Source of the DNA: Eukaryota sp. TZLM1-RC
Taxonomy: Eukaryota > Protista > Metamonada: BaSk clade
Length of the DNA stretch: 64,000 nucleotides
Assembly: GCA_040285825.1 (NCBI GenBank)
Contig: JAUPSS010000001.1
Coordinates: forward strand, 434,001 to 498,000
Direction: 5' to 3'
Positions 1 through 13,300 of the stretch are shown piece by piece. The position numbers and the translations under genes were made by a program. Below the pieces are notes generated by a model that worked only from the letters and a program-made list of their open reading frames with translations, did not search any database and had not been told where the DNA came from. The stretch's first letter is position 1. Every line of letters begins with the position of its first letter.

Positions 1-72
1 CACAAAAGATCAGGTAATCTTCAAGGAGTCCTCCAGCTCGTCAATGTTTTCCCTGGATGCATAGAATCCAGG

Positions 73-1604
73 ATGTTAAAATGGGTCATGGTAGAAGGTC
101 GTATAGAGAAAACACGCTTGGTTCAACCAGCGATCTCGGCTCACCAGGTTCCAGCCCAGATTGAAGAGACAGAACCTTCTCCTGAACCTCACCAAAATAA
201 AGTTCCACCCTCGGCAGAACAACCCATGGAAACTTCTACAAAACCCTCAACACAACCCTCGCATAATCCTCCCACGGAACAAACTGAAGAAGACGTTGCA
301 GTAGAAGTCAGTGATGAGTCCCCAACTCCAGACTCAATTCCAACTGTGCCAGCACCAATGGAACAAACTCCAGCACCTACACAGCCGATGGAACAATCAG
401 TGGTTCCACCCACACCTCCTTCCACTGGTTCAACAAGTTCACAACATGCGGCTCAACCAACACCTTCCACGGTTAGTTCTTCACGTTCTACTTTTTCAGG
501 TACTTACGATAGTAACCTTCTCCTATCTTGCATGGTGGGATCAAGAGATAAGGACAATAGACGCAGAGACCGCCCCAAATGTTTAACTCTCGACGCGACT
601 GATTTAAGAGACGTTGATAAACTCCTCAAGTTTGTAAACAAGTTCATCCTCTGGAGTCGCACGGATAGAATTGTAGACGAGGCTCGAGGCAACATTGAGG
701 ATCCTGCCCAAGTTGCTTTGGTCAGCGAAGTTGCTAGACTTCGCGAAGAACTTGAACTAGCTAGATCAGCAGAACTGGCATCTGATCAACGGTTCGACAG
801 TGAACCAATTCATGAATGGGATCTCTTCAGGTCTGCCATGCGCATTAGTTCCAGAGGCTTAGCTGAATGCGTTACACCCGAAGCTCTCATTGCTTTAAGA
901 TATCAAGGCATTGGCCTTTCAATTTCCTCTACCATGGTCCCAACCAGCAGAAATGAACGCAACATTTGGGAACAGATCCTAAGGAGAACCCGATTCAGCA
1001 GACTGGATCAAGCCCTCGACGCACTTCACGCTGTAAACATGGACTGGTCTGAGAGAGACTATGGTAACAGATGGATAGACTTCATGCTTAACATAGGCAG
1101 AGTCGTTCCACCGCTATCTAAGACGTTCGTGGTCTGACTCAACAAATGAGACACATCACCATCCACGGAAACCCCGTCGACCGATTTCCTGAATGGGAAA
1201 TTGCTTCTCACGTCATTGAAAGCATCGGTATTACCATCATCAAAAACAGACTCCTCAGGATCTGGTCCAATCTCTCCCATTACTACTCAGATGGCCACAC
1301 CCTAGGAGAATTTTTCAGCGTTTTTCAAAGAATACGAGAACTTTTGTAATGTTAGATCTTTTAAGAAGCAGATCAATCACGTGGACTTCTTGTATCAGAA
1401 CAGAATCTCATTTCAGACTGAGAGCCGTCGCAGACAGACAGTACCTTCTCCCCTGCTATTCCCAAACCAAGAGGTTCCAGCTCTGGCAGGAGTCCAAAAC
1501 AACAACGGCGAGAAGGAAGCTCTACTCAACCGTCTTCCACTCAATCTGAGTCCAACGTACAATGCAATTTCTGTAAACAAATGGGTCATCCGACTGAAAG
1601 GTGC
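73..1604 (+). pseudogene. gag: Gag (disrupted) with P/S/T-rich N-terminal region and CCHC zinc knuckle
   Basis: CNFCKQMGHPTERC (Cx2Cx4Hx4C) at 1563-1604, in frame with the RG-rich segment and protease. Frameshifts/stops at ~1137-1420. Confidence 0.75.
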
Positions 1605-2321
1605 CCTAGTGAGGACTGCCAAAGAAGCAAAAAGTGGAGAGGGCAACAAGCTCAACAACAAGCTCGAGGCAGAGGTTCTAGACGTTCTGGTTTCCGTAGT
1701 CGAAGAGGCACTAGCGGCAGAGGCAGAGGCTCTGCATCATATAATAAACGTTCCCGTCACTATTTACGCACTTTTGAAACCATACCCCCTTCAACCACAA
1801 CACATCCTCACACAGAAAACACAACATGGAAAGTTTCCCTAATCAATCCTTTGGCCTACTTGGAACATACCAAGACACACAACGTTCAAGCTAATTTCTT
1901 CTCAGAACAAGCTGAATATGATTCAGATACAATATTCATGGTACAATCCATAAAGTCCACAACCAACTGCCTACAATTAAACTTCTCGATCAACAATGTC
2001 GAAGTTAAAGGCATAATCGACTCCGGCGCAACTTGCTCAGTAGTCACGGAAGACGTCATCAGTAATTGTAACATGGCACGTTCCAACGAAACCATATCCT
2101 ACAAGATTGCTGATGGAACTACCTCACAGTCCCTTGGTACTGCTTCTGGAACCCTTAGCATTAGATTAGGCAGTGTTACCCAGATTATACATGTAAAACA
2201 CAAGTTCAGCATCGTCCCTGGACACGAGACCATCCTCATTGGTGGTGACTTGCTGAGTCACCTTGGACTGATGAACAACAAAGGCATTTATATTAGAATG
2301 GACGACACCTGTCGCACATAA
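1605..2321 (+). pseudogene. RG-rich linker plus retropepsin aspartic protease
   Basis: IIDSGATCS catalytic motif and ILIGGDLL motif. Confidence 0.85.
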
Positions 2322-2393
2322 CTATTACCTGAAGCCGAATTCGATCATCGAATATCACAAGCTTCAGAAGTCGTCAACGTTTTCACACGTTGG

Positions 2394-3900
2394 TTGAAAC
2401 ACATCAACTCATCCGCTTGTATCATCAACCTCGACAAAGACCATTTCAAGAAGTCCCTACTTCAAACCTTGAAAGAGTTCGAATTCGTATTTACCCTCAA
2501 ACCCCATGCTGAAGGTATTGATTGCCCTCCCATGGAAATCAACTTCTACAACAAAGACGTCAGAGTTAGAAGACTCCCCAGGACCCTGAATCCAGCCAGG
2601 CTAGAGGTCGTTAACCAAATTTTCGACGCACTCGTAGACTCAGGATTTGCTGTTCCATAGAACCATGAGTTCAGCTCCCCTGTCTGTCTAGTGGTCTACC
2701 CAGATCACCGTAAGCCCCGCCTTACTGGTGATTATAGTGGAAAGGACGGAGTCAACGCCAACACCATTCCTGTTGAGCCCAACCTTCCAAGGATCTCCGA
2801 TGTGCTGATATTTCTCTCCCAAGCGAACTACATAGGCACCCTTGACCTCCCCAAAGCCTTTTGGCAACTCAAAATTGCTGAAAAGGACTGGCAGAAAACA
2901 GCCCTGAGCATTCCTGGCAAAAGCATCATGTTCAAACGTGCAGCTTTTGGCCTCAAGAATGTCCCAGCCGTTTTCCAAAACGTCATGGCTGACATCTTCT
3001 CTGGAGACGGTGTCTTCATCTACATAGATGACATCATAATCATTGGTTCAACCTTTGACGAATTCATTGAACGCCTCCGCCGCGTCCTTGATCAAGCCAG
3101 ATGCAAAAGAGTTTCCTTGGGACTTCCAAAGTGCCATTTCGTGTTTTCCAGACACCCAATCAAGATACTGCGCAGTGTATTCCAAAACAAACAACGGCCT
3201 ATCGATCCCACTCGCGTTGAATCTTTGTTGAATCAACCTAGACCAAAGAGAATCAAAGACGTCCGCAGCCTCGTAGGATCAGTCAACTTCATTAGAAAAT
3301 GGCTTCCTCAGGTATCTGAGCTCATCGCTCCTATCATCAGATTGACTAAGAAGGATGGAAACAACTCCAACGTTAAACCCAAACCCCGCGCGCAACGCCT
3401 TCAATGGACCGACATGCACGACGGACTCCTTCAAAAAGTCAAACAACTGATAGCGAAGCACATGCCGCTCAGCTTACCTCCTCTGGAAAACCAAATTTCA
3501 ATTAGTTGCGATGCATCCGACATAGCTGTAGGCGGCGGCATATGGGAACAAATCGAACAAGTTGACGACCCCGGTACATCCCCCCCTGATCAACAGGAAA
3601 TGTAGGCCTATCAGCTTCTTCAGCCGGTTGTTAACCAACTCGCAAAAGAACTGGCCAACAAACCAAAAGGAACTCTATGCCATCCTGCTCATGTTTACTC
3701 AAAGTGGTTTTGCAAACTGCTTGAAAGGAAGGAAACTGGTCATATTCACAGACCATCAAAACCTTACCTACATGTTCACGGCTCCTGCGAAGAACAGAAT
3801 CGTAACTAGATGGTTACCCATGTTCTCCGAATTCTGCTTTGATTTGGTACATAACAAAGGGGAAGATAACTTCTGGGCTGATATGTTGTCTCGAATAGTT
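2394..3900 (+). pseudogene. pol: Reverse transcriptase plus RNase H (disrupted)
   Basis: LDLPKAFWQ, FGLKNVP, YIDD; RNase H motifs CDASD, KELYAI, FTDHQNL, NFWADMLSR. Stop at 2658 and frameshift near 3590. Confidence 0.92.
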
Positions 3901-4239
3901 CCGCCTATAGAATATCAAGAGATCAATCATTTGTTCCATCAAATGTCTCCAAATTTTTATCCAATATTTTACATCGATAAAATTGATGGAACAGAAAATG
4001 AAAGATACTGCATCGAAGACTTAAACAACTTTGAACGTATCATGGTCATCAGAGAACGATTTTCCAACGATTTGCCTATTTTCGAGCCATGGCTCTGTAG
4101 AATTAGGTCCGAACAGAAGCTTGTCATAGCTTCCAAAGACCCCTCTTTCAACAACTGTGTTCATAACAATAACCTTGATTTATATATAACGCACGAAAAC
4201 GAGATAGTGATACCCAAATCACTCATTAAGAACTCCCTT

Positions 4240-5586
4240 AACTTGTTGCATGGACTTCTGCAAGGAAACCATCCAAGCAAAGCTGAAAGCCTGAACAAGC
4301 TCAGGAACAGCGATTATTGGTGGCCAAACATGCTCACCGACATGAATAAGCACGTTTAAGAATGCCCCTCCTGTCAGAAAACAAAGCCAGTTCCCAAACT
4401 GCATGTTCCCCCAACCGGTTCATTGTGGGCTGACAGACCTTTTGCTCGCGTCAACGCCGGCGTTATTGGTCCTCTTCCAGAAGATCAAGAAGGCTACAAA
4501 TACATCCTCGTATCTATTGACAGCTTCTCTAGGTTCACGATCATCGTGCCTTTAAAAGAGATAAATGCCAATCTTACTGGAGATGCATTAATTTGGAAAG
4601 TATGTGCCATCTTTGGTATTCCATTTTAAATCCACCGCGATAATGGACCCAAATTTTTCAAGGCTGTCTTTGACGAACTAAGCAAATTTTTAGGCATAGA
4701 GGTGTCAAAGTCAATACCTAGGATTTCTCAGTCCAACGGCCTGGTAGAGCGCCGACACAGAGACATCCTGCAAAATCTCCGGAAATTGCTCGTAGACTTC
4801 AACACCTACGATGTGTGTTCTGAATACTTGCCTTATGTGCAATTATTGATCAACTCTTCCAAGAGCTCAATAACCAACCACACTCCATACCAAGTGTTTT
4901 TTGGCTCAAATGTGTCTCCTGGATCAGACCCTGGCAAAATTCTTGAAATCATTGAAAGCTCGACGTCTGAGTCATCTATTATTCAAGAAATTCAATCTAA
5001 ATTTCGAAGGTTGAAAGAGAAACAGGAAAAGGCAGCACACCATCAAGCTTCCAAAGCTTCCAAGCTAACTAGATCGACAACTTCAAAAGGGTTTGAAGTT
5101 GGCCAATTGGTATTGAGAGCATCTGGCTCTTCCGCTAAGTTTCATAGAGACTATTCAGGACCCTTCCTAATTACTGAAATCGTATCCAATTCGTCTGTGA
5201 ATATTAAGAATCTCTGCACCGGTACGATCGTCCAAGCTAGCGTCAAAAATTTAGCATCCTGGCACTCCAGCTTGCCCACCAACGATGAGTTCCACCCCTG
5301 GGGCGCTGCAGGTGATGTGGAAGACACATCATTGAAACAGGTGCTCAGTCAGGACGGTGGCTTTTGTCAAGTGCAATGGCCTGGAAAAGAGATCACCACT
5401 GAACACATGTCTACAGTCCAAAATACTGCCGCGTATAAGGACTTTACCAAGACTTCAAAAACACGTCGCCGTACTAAATCCGCTCCTCCCAAGAAGCGTA
5501 CCAATTGCAACGGTTCACCTCCTGTGACTAGAGCTCCCAGGGCTCGTCGCTCGAAAGAGAGAAAAGGCAGTGTTAGTCTTGAATAG
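4240..5586 (+). pseudogene. Integrase (HHCC, DDE core) with chromodomain-like C-terminus, disrupted
   Basis: H..GNHP..CPSCQK zinc finger; IDSFSR, DNGP, NGLVERRH; C-terminal VLSQ..CQVQWPG..TTEH..VQNTAAY. Stops at 4357 and 4627. Confidence 0.88.
5553..5570 (+). other. Polypurine tract (PPT)
   Basis: gaaagagagaaaaggcag directly abuts the TG at the LTR start. Confidence 0.8.
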
Positions 5587-5697
5587 TATTTATAGTTATT
5601 TAGTTAGTTAATTAGTATTCCGCCTATTAGTTTAAGAAGAGAGACTGCAATTCCTCTTTGTTATAAATTTCATTACTTCTCTACTGTATGTCTAACA
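5571..5697 (+). repeat. 3' LTR, 127 bp
   Basis: Starts TGTTAGTC and ends GTCTAACA (7/8 inverted terminal match), right after the PPT. Confidence 0.75.
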
Positions 5698-6239
5698 TTA
5701 ATGAGCAAAGACCATCAAAATCTGATTATCCTTTTGATGATTACTTTGATGAGCCGACTCTTTTTACCAAAATTGTCATTGTTTTCTGCAAAATCCAAGT
5801 CCATCAAACATGACAATTCTGTAATCATAAACATGCTGTACGACAATTATTCAAAATTAGCTGTATTATTCAAGTCATTTTTTCCGCTGGTGAATTCAGT
5901 AGTATTCAATTTTTCATTAAAAACTCGACAGAAAGCATGTAGTAGCACCTTCAAGCTTAAATATTATAAATGCAAGATGAATCAATTTCTCTTGATAATA
6001 ACTGACAATGTTCAGATGGATGCAATTTCAGAATATATTAATATATGAATCAATTTCAGAACCAGTATTTTGAATAGTGACATCTTAATCAAAAAGATTA
6101 GGGCAAATTGTGGTCAGGATGAACAAGAAGAAGAGAGAAGAGAAGAAGACCAGAGGCATCTTTGATAACCCTGTCCTACATTCATGCCGTTGCCCTGTGT
6201 CACATGATGACTGATCAAGATCAAGTTAGCTCTCCATAA

Positions 6240-9169
6240 TTGAATTTTTTAAATCTTGACGGTCTGATGCGCGCCTGCCCTTACTGGTATAATATCGATT
6301 TTAATACTGCTCAACATACACCACCCTTCCTCCGGTCCATTCACTCAGTAGCTGCCAATCTAAACTCTCACAAATATTTTATCACATACAATACGTCGCC
6401 TGCCAGTCACCAATTGCTCTCTCCTTCTTTTGTTCGTTTTTTACTTTTTTTCCCGATGTACCCGTCTTGTTCAAGAAATGCTATTGCTCTAAAAGAATAT
6501 GACCAGAATAAATCCCTCTACCTACCTACACGGAGTCTAAAAATAAACTACCTGGTACAAAAAGCTAACTGGAACTTTCGCATTTACTTTCAACACCCCA
6601 AGATGCCTTACCTGAACTATCTTTTTGAAGTCATGCCCTTGAACGCTCACCTGATTATTCCCAATTACTTCCACCCCGATATCACCCTGGGAACTCTTCT
6701 TGACAACGTTCACATCTTCCACCTAGTTTATCTTTCTACTCACATGACTCAATTCAGCTTTGAAAGGAATTTTTAGCTCACCAGTCGCTCCGGCCATATG
6801 ATTAATCAGCCCGACATAGTAAGCCATGACCTAGCTATGCATTTTTCTAGCCTCTGAAAACGCGCTAAACTATCTGGTGTACACTTCCACGATCCAGTCC
6901 TGTCTTGTGCAACCCCCGAGAGTGCCCCAACTCCCCAAAATGTGATCATTTTCATTGGAGCCCGAACATGCTCACTGTCAGCATCTATGGTGGAAAACTA
7001 TATGATTTCCGCCTACATCCAACAACCATAACATATGCCGATATGAGGCACCCTTTAGAACCTTCCAATTCCAACAATCATCAGGTTCTGCCTGATCTCA
7101 ACTATGACCAATATATCCTGAGCCTTTTTCGTAATGTGGACACCTTTATTCCCCTCTTTTTGCTTAAGCCTGTGGTTCATTTAGTTTATCAATATCGAAA
7201 CGATGAACTGACTTCTTGCCCTGACACATTCCCTGTATCAAACACATTTAAGGCCATCACATCGACCCCAGCAACAGTTCATGTATCACCTAATGCCTCT
7301 AGACTACCCTTCCGTTATAGAATCCTCCTTACCTTGTCCAGACCCGGAATTCCTCCATGATGTTCCTATCGATTGTCCTCACTTTCTCGAATTTGCATTT
7401 TTGCCTACGACCAGAAACGAATTGCTTTCTCGTTCAGAAATCTTTGACAACAACTCCTTTTGGTTAGATCACCAGTTGGCTCTGCAACCAGTCCATGGAC
7501 TTTAATGAAGAACTCCCTCCCTGAGAAGATCCCTCTCCTGGCTTACTCATCAATATTTCTTCTGATTTTCATAACGATGTACAATTGGTATCTGCTCTAT
7601 CAGCCACCACTCCATGCGACTTCTTTACTAGTTCTGATCACCTACCAACTATTTCCAGAAGCTTCCCTGCCCCAGCCGTAATTGATAAATTGTTCAAAGA
7701 ACAACAGAAGCTTTCCGATGACGATGCCTTCTTCACCAGCTGCCGAATCACTCCCCAATCTGGTCTAAAGCTATCCGACGCATACAAAATCCTGATCCCT
7801 TCGCCCTGAAATACTATTACTAATTCATGGAGCAGCAGAAGCAGGACACGCCTCATTTGATGATTGCTGGAAGAAACTGAAAGCATTCGACTACTACTGG
7901 CCATCCATAAGGCCTAATCTTGCTTCGCACATCAAAAACTGTATCCCTTGCCAGAAGACTGCCGCTGTGCCTTCCCGTTCCATATCCACCACTGGTTCCC
8001 TCAATTCTGCTCGCCGCCCATTTGAGTACCTACACAGTGACCGCTTTGTACCCTTGTTTTCCGACGTTGCCGGACATAAATTCATAATCCACTTCGTAGA
8101 CGCTTTCACTAAGTTTAGCATGCTAGTTTCTTCTCTCAACCTGAAATCCCAGACCATCGTAGACACTATACTCATTTATGTATTCTCAGTATTCGGCTCT
8201 CCTAAATCCATCCACTCTGATAACGGCCCCGAACTCTCCAGCCGAAATTTTGCCTTGATGTGATCCAATTTGAACATTGAGCATACTCTATCCATCCCCC
8301 ACTTCAATCAGTTCAACAGACTAGTGATATGGCAACACAGAACCTTTCTCCAGGCACTCTGGAAACTACTGCTCGATTTCTCTGAATATGGCAATTTGTC
8401 TTACTACGTTTTAATTTGCCAAATGTTGATCAATTCCCATAACGGCTTGTCTGTGGACTATTCCCCTAACCAACTGATATTTGGCACCAAAAACTATTTT
8501 TTTTGCTCCCTCATACCATACTAGACCGCTTTTCAATTAATCCTCAAGAACCAGACGTTCCTGAATATCTTCGCCACACCAATTTGGCCACAGAGCATTT
8601 AACCCATTCTTGGAGCTCCGCGCTCTTCTCTACCGAGAAAGGCTTTGAATCCATTCCCCCTAGGTGTACCCCTCAGATAAATTATCGAGTTTTTGTCCTG
8701 CGCGAGAAACCAAGCAAACTCCACGGCCATTATGTCGTACCTTTTTCAAAAGATACTCACTGACAGTTCCTTTTTCCTGCTTAACCCTTTGATTCGCCTC
8801 ACTTTCAAGACATCTGTCCACACTGTGAAACCCTGTCACTCCTCCTTACTCCAAGCCGTCATTGACGCCTACGCTACCGCTGACGTTGGGGAAACCTTCC
8901 TCGATGCAATCCTGGGTACTGAGTCCGACCTAGCTACTGTCCTGTGGTCCGACAAAACCACCACCGAACATCGTATAGCCTTTATAAAAAACACAGCCGC
9001 CTATCAACGGATCCTCAAATTGCCGGAAGAAAGAAGAAAAGACAGTGCTAGCTAGGCTAAACTCATCCTGCCCGTTTTGGAAAGTAGGATGTGACGCATC
9101 ACGTCATCATTAGTTTAAATTTGCTTAGTTATTTTTATATGTTGATTTTCTTACTTCTGTCTATAAACA
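6240..9169 (+). mobile_element. Second decayed Gypsy-like element: unknown coding region with CCCH finger, then integrase, PPT and short LTR; no RT/RH visible
   Basis: HGAAEAGH..CIPCQK, FEYLHSD, FVDAFTK, IHSDNGPE, chromo-like tail; ggaaagtagga followed by TGTGACG at 9090. Confidence 0.75.
9090..9169 (+). repeat. Putative 3' LTR (~80 bp)
   Basis: TG start after a purine tract and CA end at tataaaca; right boundary uncertain. Confidence 0.45.
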
Positions 9170-9224
9170 TCTGTGTTTTTTACGTTTATGGAATACCGTG
9201 CACTGAAGCCAACATAGAAGCAAG

Positions 9225-9586
9225 GTTCACGATGCTGTAGAGACCAGTTATTCTGTATGTGTAAGTCTCATAGAGTTGACTCTTTTTGGGAACCTCTGTT
9301 GTCAAATCTGTTTGATACTGAAAATGATTTTCATGAAAATAATAGAGGTGATGTAACATTACCTGGATTAGATGAAAGCTTTATTGTATTGAATGTAACG
9401 TCTGTTGATTTTTCTAACAGAAATTTTGAAAGATTGTTTTGGCAAAAAAGAATTGTGCTTTCATTTTTTAAGGGGATGTTGAAGATGGTTTCTGATGCTT
9501 TGCTTTCTCTTGAATCACACTATGAGAGAGTTGCAAAACACATGGAATATATCGTCATTGGAAGTAACACGAGGACAACACTTTAA
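9225..9586 (+). mobile_element. RLE-type (CRE-like) non-LTR retrotransposon fragment, internally deleted
   Basis: HDAVRD, EPLL, RGD and FWQKRIV motifs shared with the other copies in this window. Confidence 0.75.
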
Positions 9587-10344
9587 GCATGTTACTGGGG
9601 GCTTTGGGAAAACATAGATGCTGACAAGGCAAAACGAGATCAACATTGACAAAAGATTTATGTCAGCCGATCTGAGACATCTTGTCAGAAGTCCAGAAGT
9701 CTAACAAAAAAGACGCCACAGTAATGAAACAGTGAAATTTGAGGAGCAAGTGAAAGATGTGCGATGAAAAAATAATCTAGTTGAGAGATAAGAGAGCATG
9801 GCCTCCAACGACAGTGGTGGGGCAAACGGTGAGTGTTGTAAAATTACATCGGTACAATGAGAAGCACTAGAAACGCTGACATGAATAAAGGTGTGTGCAA
9901 ATTGATGTGAGTGACATTATTTTCGCACTGACATTAATTTGGCACTCACACTGATTAAGGAAAAGGGTGTAGATACAGCCCACATTGTGTGATTTAACAA
10001 AATGTATTTCATGAGAAACCATCTTCACCACAGCTGTAACACAGATAATCTTACTTACTATTTCCCAACAGAACACCATTGTTGGAGTTCACGAGGTTTA
10101 GCTTCTTCGGTGGCACATTACGTTTTTAACAAGATTTCCCAATTCAAATTCACTTCAGTAGTATACTACAAATGTGATAAACAACTCTTAAGTAAATGAG
10201 ATTACTAATTATAATGACATCTAGATACAACAAGCAGATACAACAAGTGGAATGGGTTTCACTTTGCCAAGGCTACGAATAACAAATTTCCACTTTTATA
10301 CTGAGATATTTCAGTCTTCTTCACTTGATTCCTTCTCAACAAGA

Positions 10345-13300
10345 ATGTCCTATCCTCAACTGCCGGGGTACTTCATTACCAGACAGTTAGGTGAGGGTTC
10401 GTGTGGACGTGTCTTCTTGGCAACTTCCACATTTACCTCTCGTGACTATTGTATAAAAGAAGTACAATTCCTTTCGGATGATCAAAGAGATCGATGGGAG
10501 ACAGAGTTCTTGCCGAAGTCGTTGGATTTGTCTTACTTATGCACTGTTAGAGACACCATCACCTTCAACAATCACTACTACATTGTCATGCATCTGTATT
10601 CCAATAGCTTGACACAGATGATTTATCATCAACCACAACGCACTCATTTGATCAAAGGGACTCCCTTACACTCTGATCAGGCGTGGAACATTTTTCGGAA
10701 ACTGGTTGAAGCTGTCCATTCACTTCACCAGGAACAGTTGTGTCATATGAACATTAAGCCTGAGAACATATTCCTCGATAATGAACTTAATGCTGTTCTT
10801 GGAGACTTTGGTCACTCTCGAGCATTCATGTCTGTAAATTTGTTTACATCTGCCGCTTCCCAAGCCTACCGTGCCCCTGAAATGTCCCGAAATCTGAGCC
10901 CCGAGTATGACAAGGAGGTTGATTACTTTGCATTGGGAGTTGTTTTTTACGAAATGCTAGTTGGAGAATTGCCCTGCAATCCAAACTCTTCGAATTGTAG
11001 TATCTCCTTGTCAGCACTGAATAAAGTAGCGGATGTGGAAGCAAGGAAAATCATCCAACAGTTAACGGTTCCTAATCCTCAACTTAGAGCAAGTTTTTTT
11101 CAACTATTACATCTTAACGTCCGTCAAAAGGAAAGCTTCAAAGAGGCCACACCAAGCATCATTCTTGCCTCTCCCTATTCACCAACAATACATAATAAGG
11201 TTCAGGTTCCAGAGTTCATTTCTGACTCGTCTGACGGCGAAGGATTTCTAGCTCCATCTGCAGTCTCCCTTCCAAGGTCATCACTGAGAACTGAACTTGA
11301 TGCAATGCTTAGTGACTCTTCTGATGACGAAATGCTTCCCACAACCCCACCGCCCACCAGACAACGTAAACGACAAAAAGGAAGAAATAATGGAGGAAAC
11401 AAGAAGACAAAGACTTTTGACGTCACTTTGTTCCTTCATCCTTTACAAAATCTTCCTAAACAAACCATTTCGGAGGCTGCTGAAAATCTTGTAGAAGATG
11501 AAGTCATGATGCTAGTTGAGGAAGTCGTTAGTCAGGAATTGTTTTCTATTAAATTTACGTCACAAAGTTCCTCTACTATTGGGAAGCTAAAGGAGTTGGC
11601 TCAAAGAATTTCAATCCAACTCCCTGGCACCTTCATCCAATGCCATGTCTTTCTCCGTAGAACTGATTTGGTCGTTCTTCTTCCCCAGCAGTCTTTTGAG
11701 GAGGTGAAAGCAGTACTTTTATCTCATACAACCGCCTGTCATGTGCTATTGAGATCTACTTACATAATGGAATCCAACAGACATAGTGTCTTTGAGATTA
11801 GTGTGTTGTCAAGAAGAACTAACTGTCATGAAGCAAATAATTTGACTACAAAGTGTCTACCTTTTGTTGTCACGTATTCGTTGAATAGCAAGTTCCACTA
11901 TGTTTTTCAAGTTGGAATTAGTCCTAGAGCAGATTCTAAGCAAGCGAGAAAAGTTTTGGATGAGCGGTTCAATCTTAAGAAGAGGAACTATATTTTGGTT
12001 GTTTTTAACGCTGAGTTACTTTTGTTCACAAGTTCTAGCAATTGTCCTCTCGCAGTTGGTAACACGTTTACTATTACGAATAGCCAACAGGAAACTAACC
12101 ATGTAGTTTCCCAACTTTCTAGGTACAATTCTCCCGTTTTGTCGGCTAGAAATCACAATTCTGACTCTTCTCGATCAAACAAAAAGCCAAGAACATCAAA
12201 TAAGTCACCATCGAAGCCAAAAAATTCTTCTGCCCCAAAGACTCTCAAACCCAATCCTCCGAAGAAGACACCATCCAATTCACCTACAATTAAGTTGTTT
12301 TGGAAACCTGAAGGGATTTGCAGTATTAAGTATTTAAGAGGACTTGCAAATACTCTTACTGCCAACTCAGCATCTTCAGTTGTTGTGCATAATATTGCTG
12401 CTGGCTTCTTTCGAGTTATTTTCAGAGAATGTCAGCCCACACTAGTGGATCGATTGAATGAAATGGCACAACGAGGACGTTACATCTCAGACCAGGTTTT
12501 TATCAAAGTGTTCCGGACACTTCCAGGATTTACTGTTATGTTTGCCCCAAAAGAGTTTGAAGAAGTGAGGAACCAACTTAAACCCCTTCTTGAAGGAAGT
12601 GAAATTATTAAAATTCGATCTATCGATCTGGGCAATCAATTCGGATATTTACATAATTTAATTGTTAATTCTGATGTAGATAGCGCTGCTGAGCTCTTAC
12701 ATAGAGTTTCTGGCACTTCCCTATCTTTTGTGGTTTCAAGGTATATTGATGGTAAACATATCTGCATTTATGAGCTTGGTGTCTTACCTTTTGTTAATTT
12801 AGTCGATGTGGCCACTGTTTTGGACAGCGAGTGTGATTTGGTTTCTATGAACAGTGTCTTGTATCCTTTTAACCGTCGCTTACTCTTGATTTCGGCTCGA
12901 CATAACTCTAATTCTAAGCCGCCCCTTCCTTCCAAAATAAAGTTTAATATTACTACTGAGGTGGGTTCCGCTAAGAATGAAGTTTTTTATATTCGAAATT
13001 ACAGTGCATCTTCACCAATCCCTCTTCTTTTGCCTGGAGAGGAGCCTCATATAAACTTGGCTCAACACTATGAATGTTTACTCAAACTTGATCCGAGTCA
13101 ACACTTCAAAACTTTGTTAACCAAGGTTTCATCATGCCAAAGTACTTTGGGTAGATTGAGCTACATTAGTCTTATTTATGCTTTAATTCAAGCCCATACC
13201 ATCGCCTCAGTGCGTGAGGGTTTCTATAAGCGCCTTTTGTCTGGGGAAGAAGAGAACATTAAGGTTGGGCTCAACCTCCACCAGCTTGAAAACACCTGCT

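Larger units (their letters stand above)
1..5697 (+). mobile_element. Decayed Ty3/Gypsy LTR retrotransposon (gag-PR-RT-RH-IN-chromo-like); 5' end lies outside the window
   Basis: Domain order PR-RT-RH-IN, followed by a PPT and a TG...CA LTR. Several in-frame stops (e.g. 1135, 2319, 2658, 4357, 4627) and frameshifts. Confidence 0.93.

Noticed and set aside
1135-1137. In-frame TGA codons in TE/Fanzor ORFs as selenocysteine
   Set aside because: They co-occur with TAA/TAG stops and frameshifts, consistent with ordinary decay; no SECIS recognised.
5701-6110. Possible gene or hAT-like remnant
   Set aside because: No convincing motif; AT-rich short ORF.
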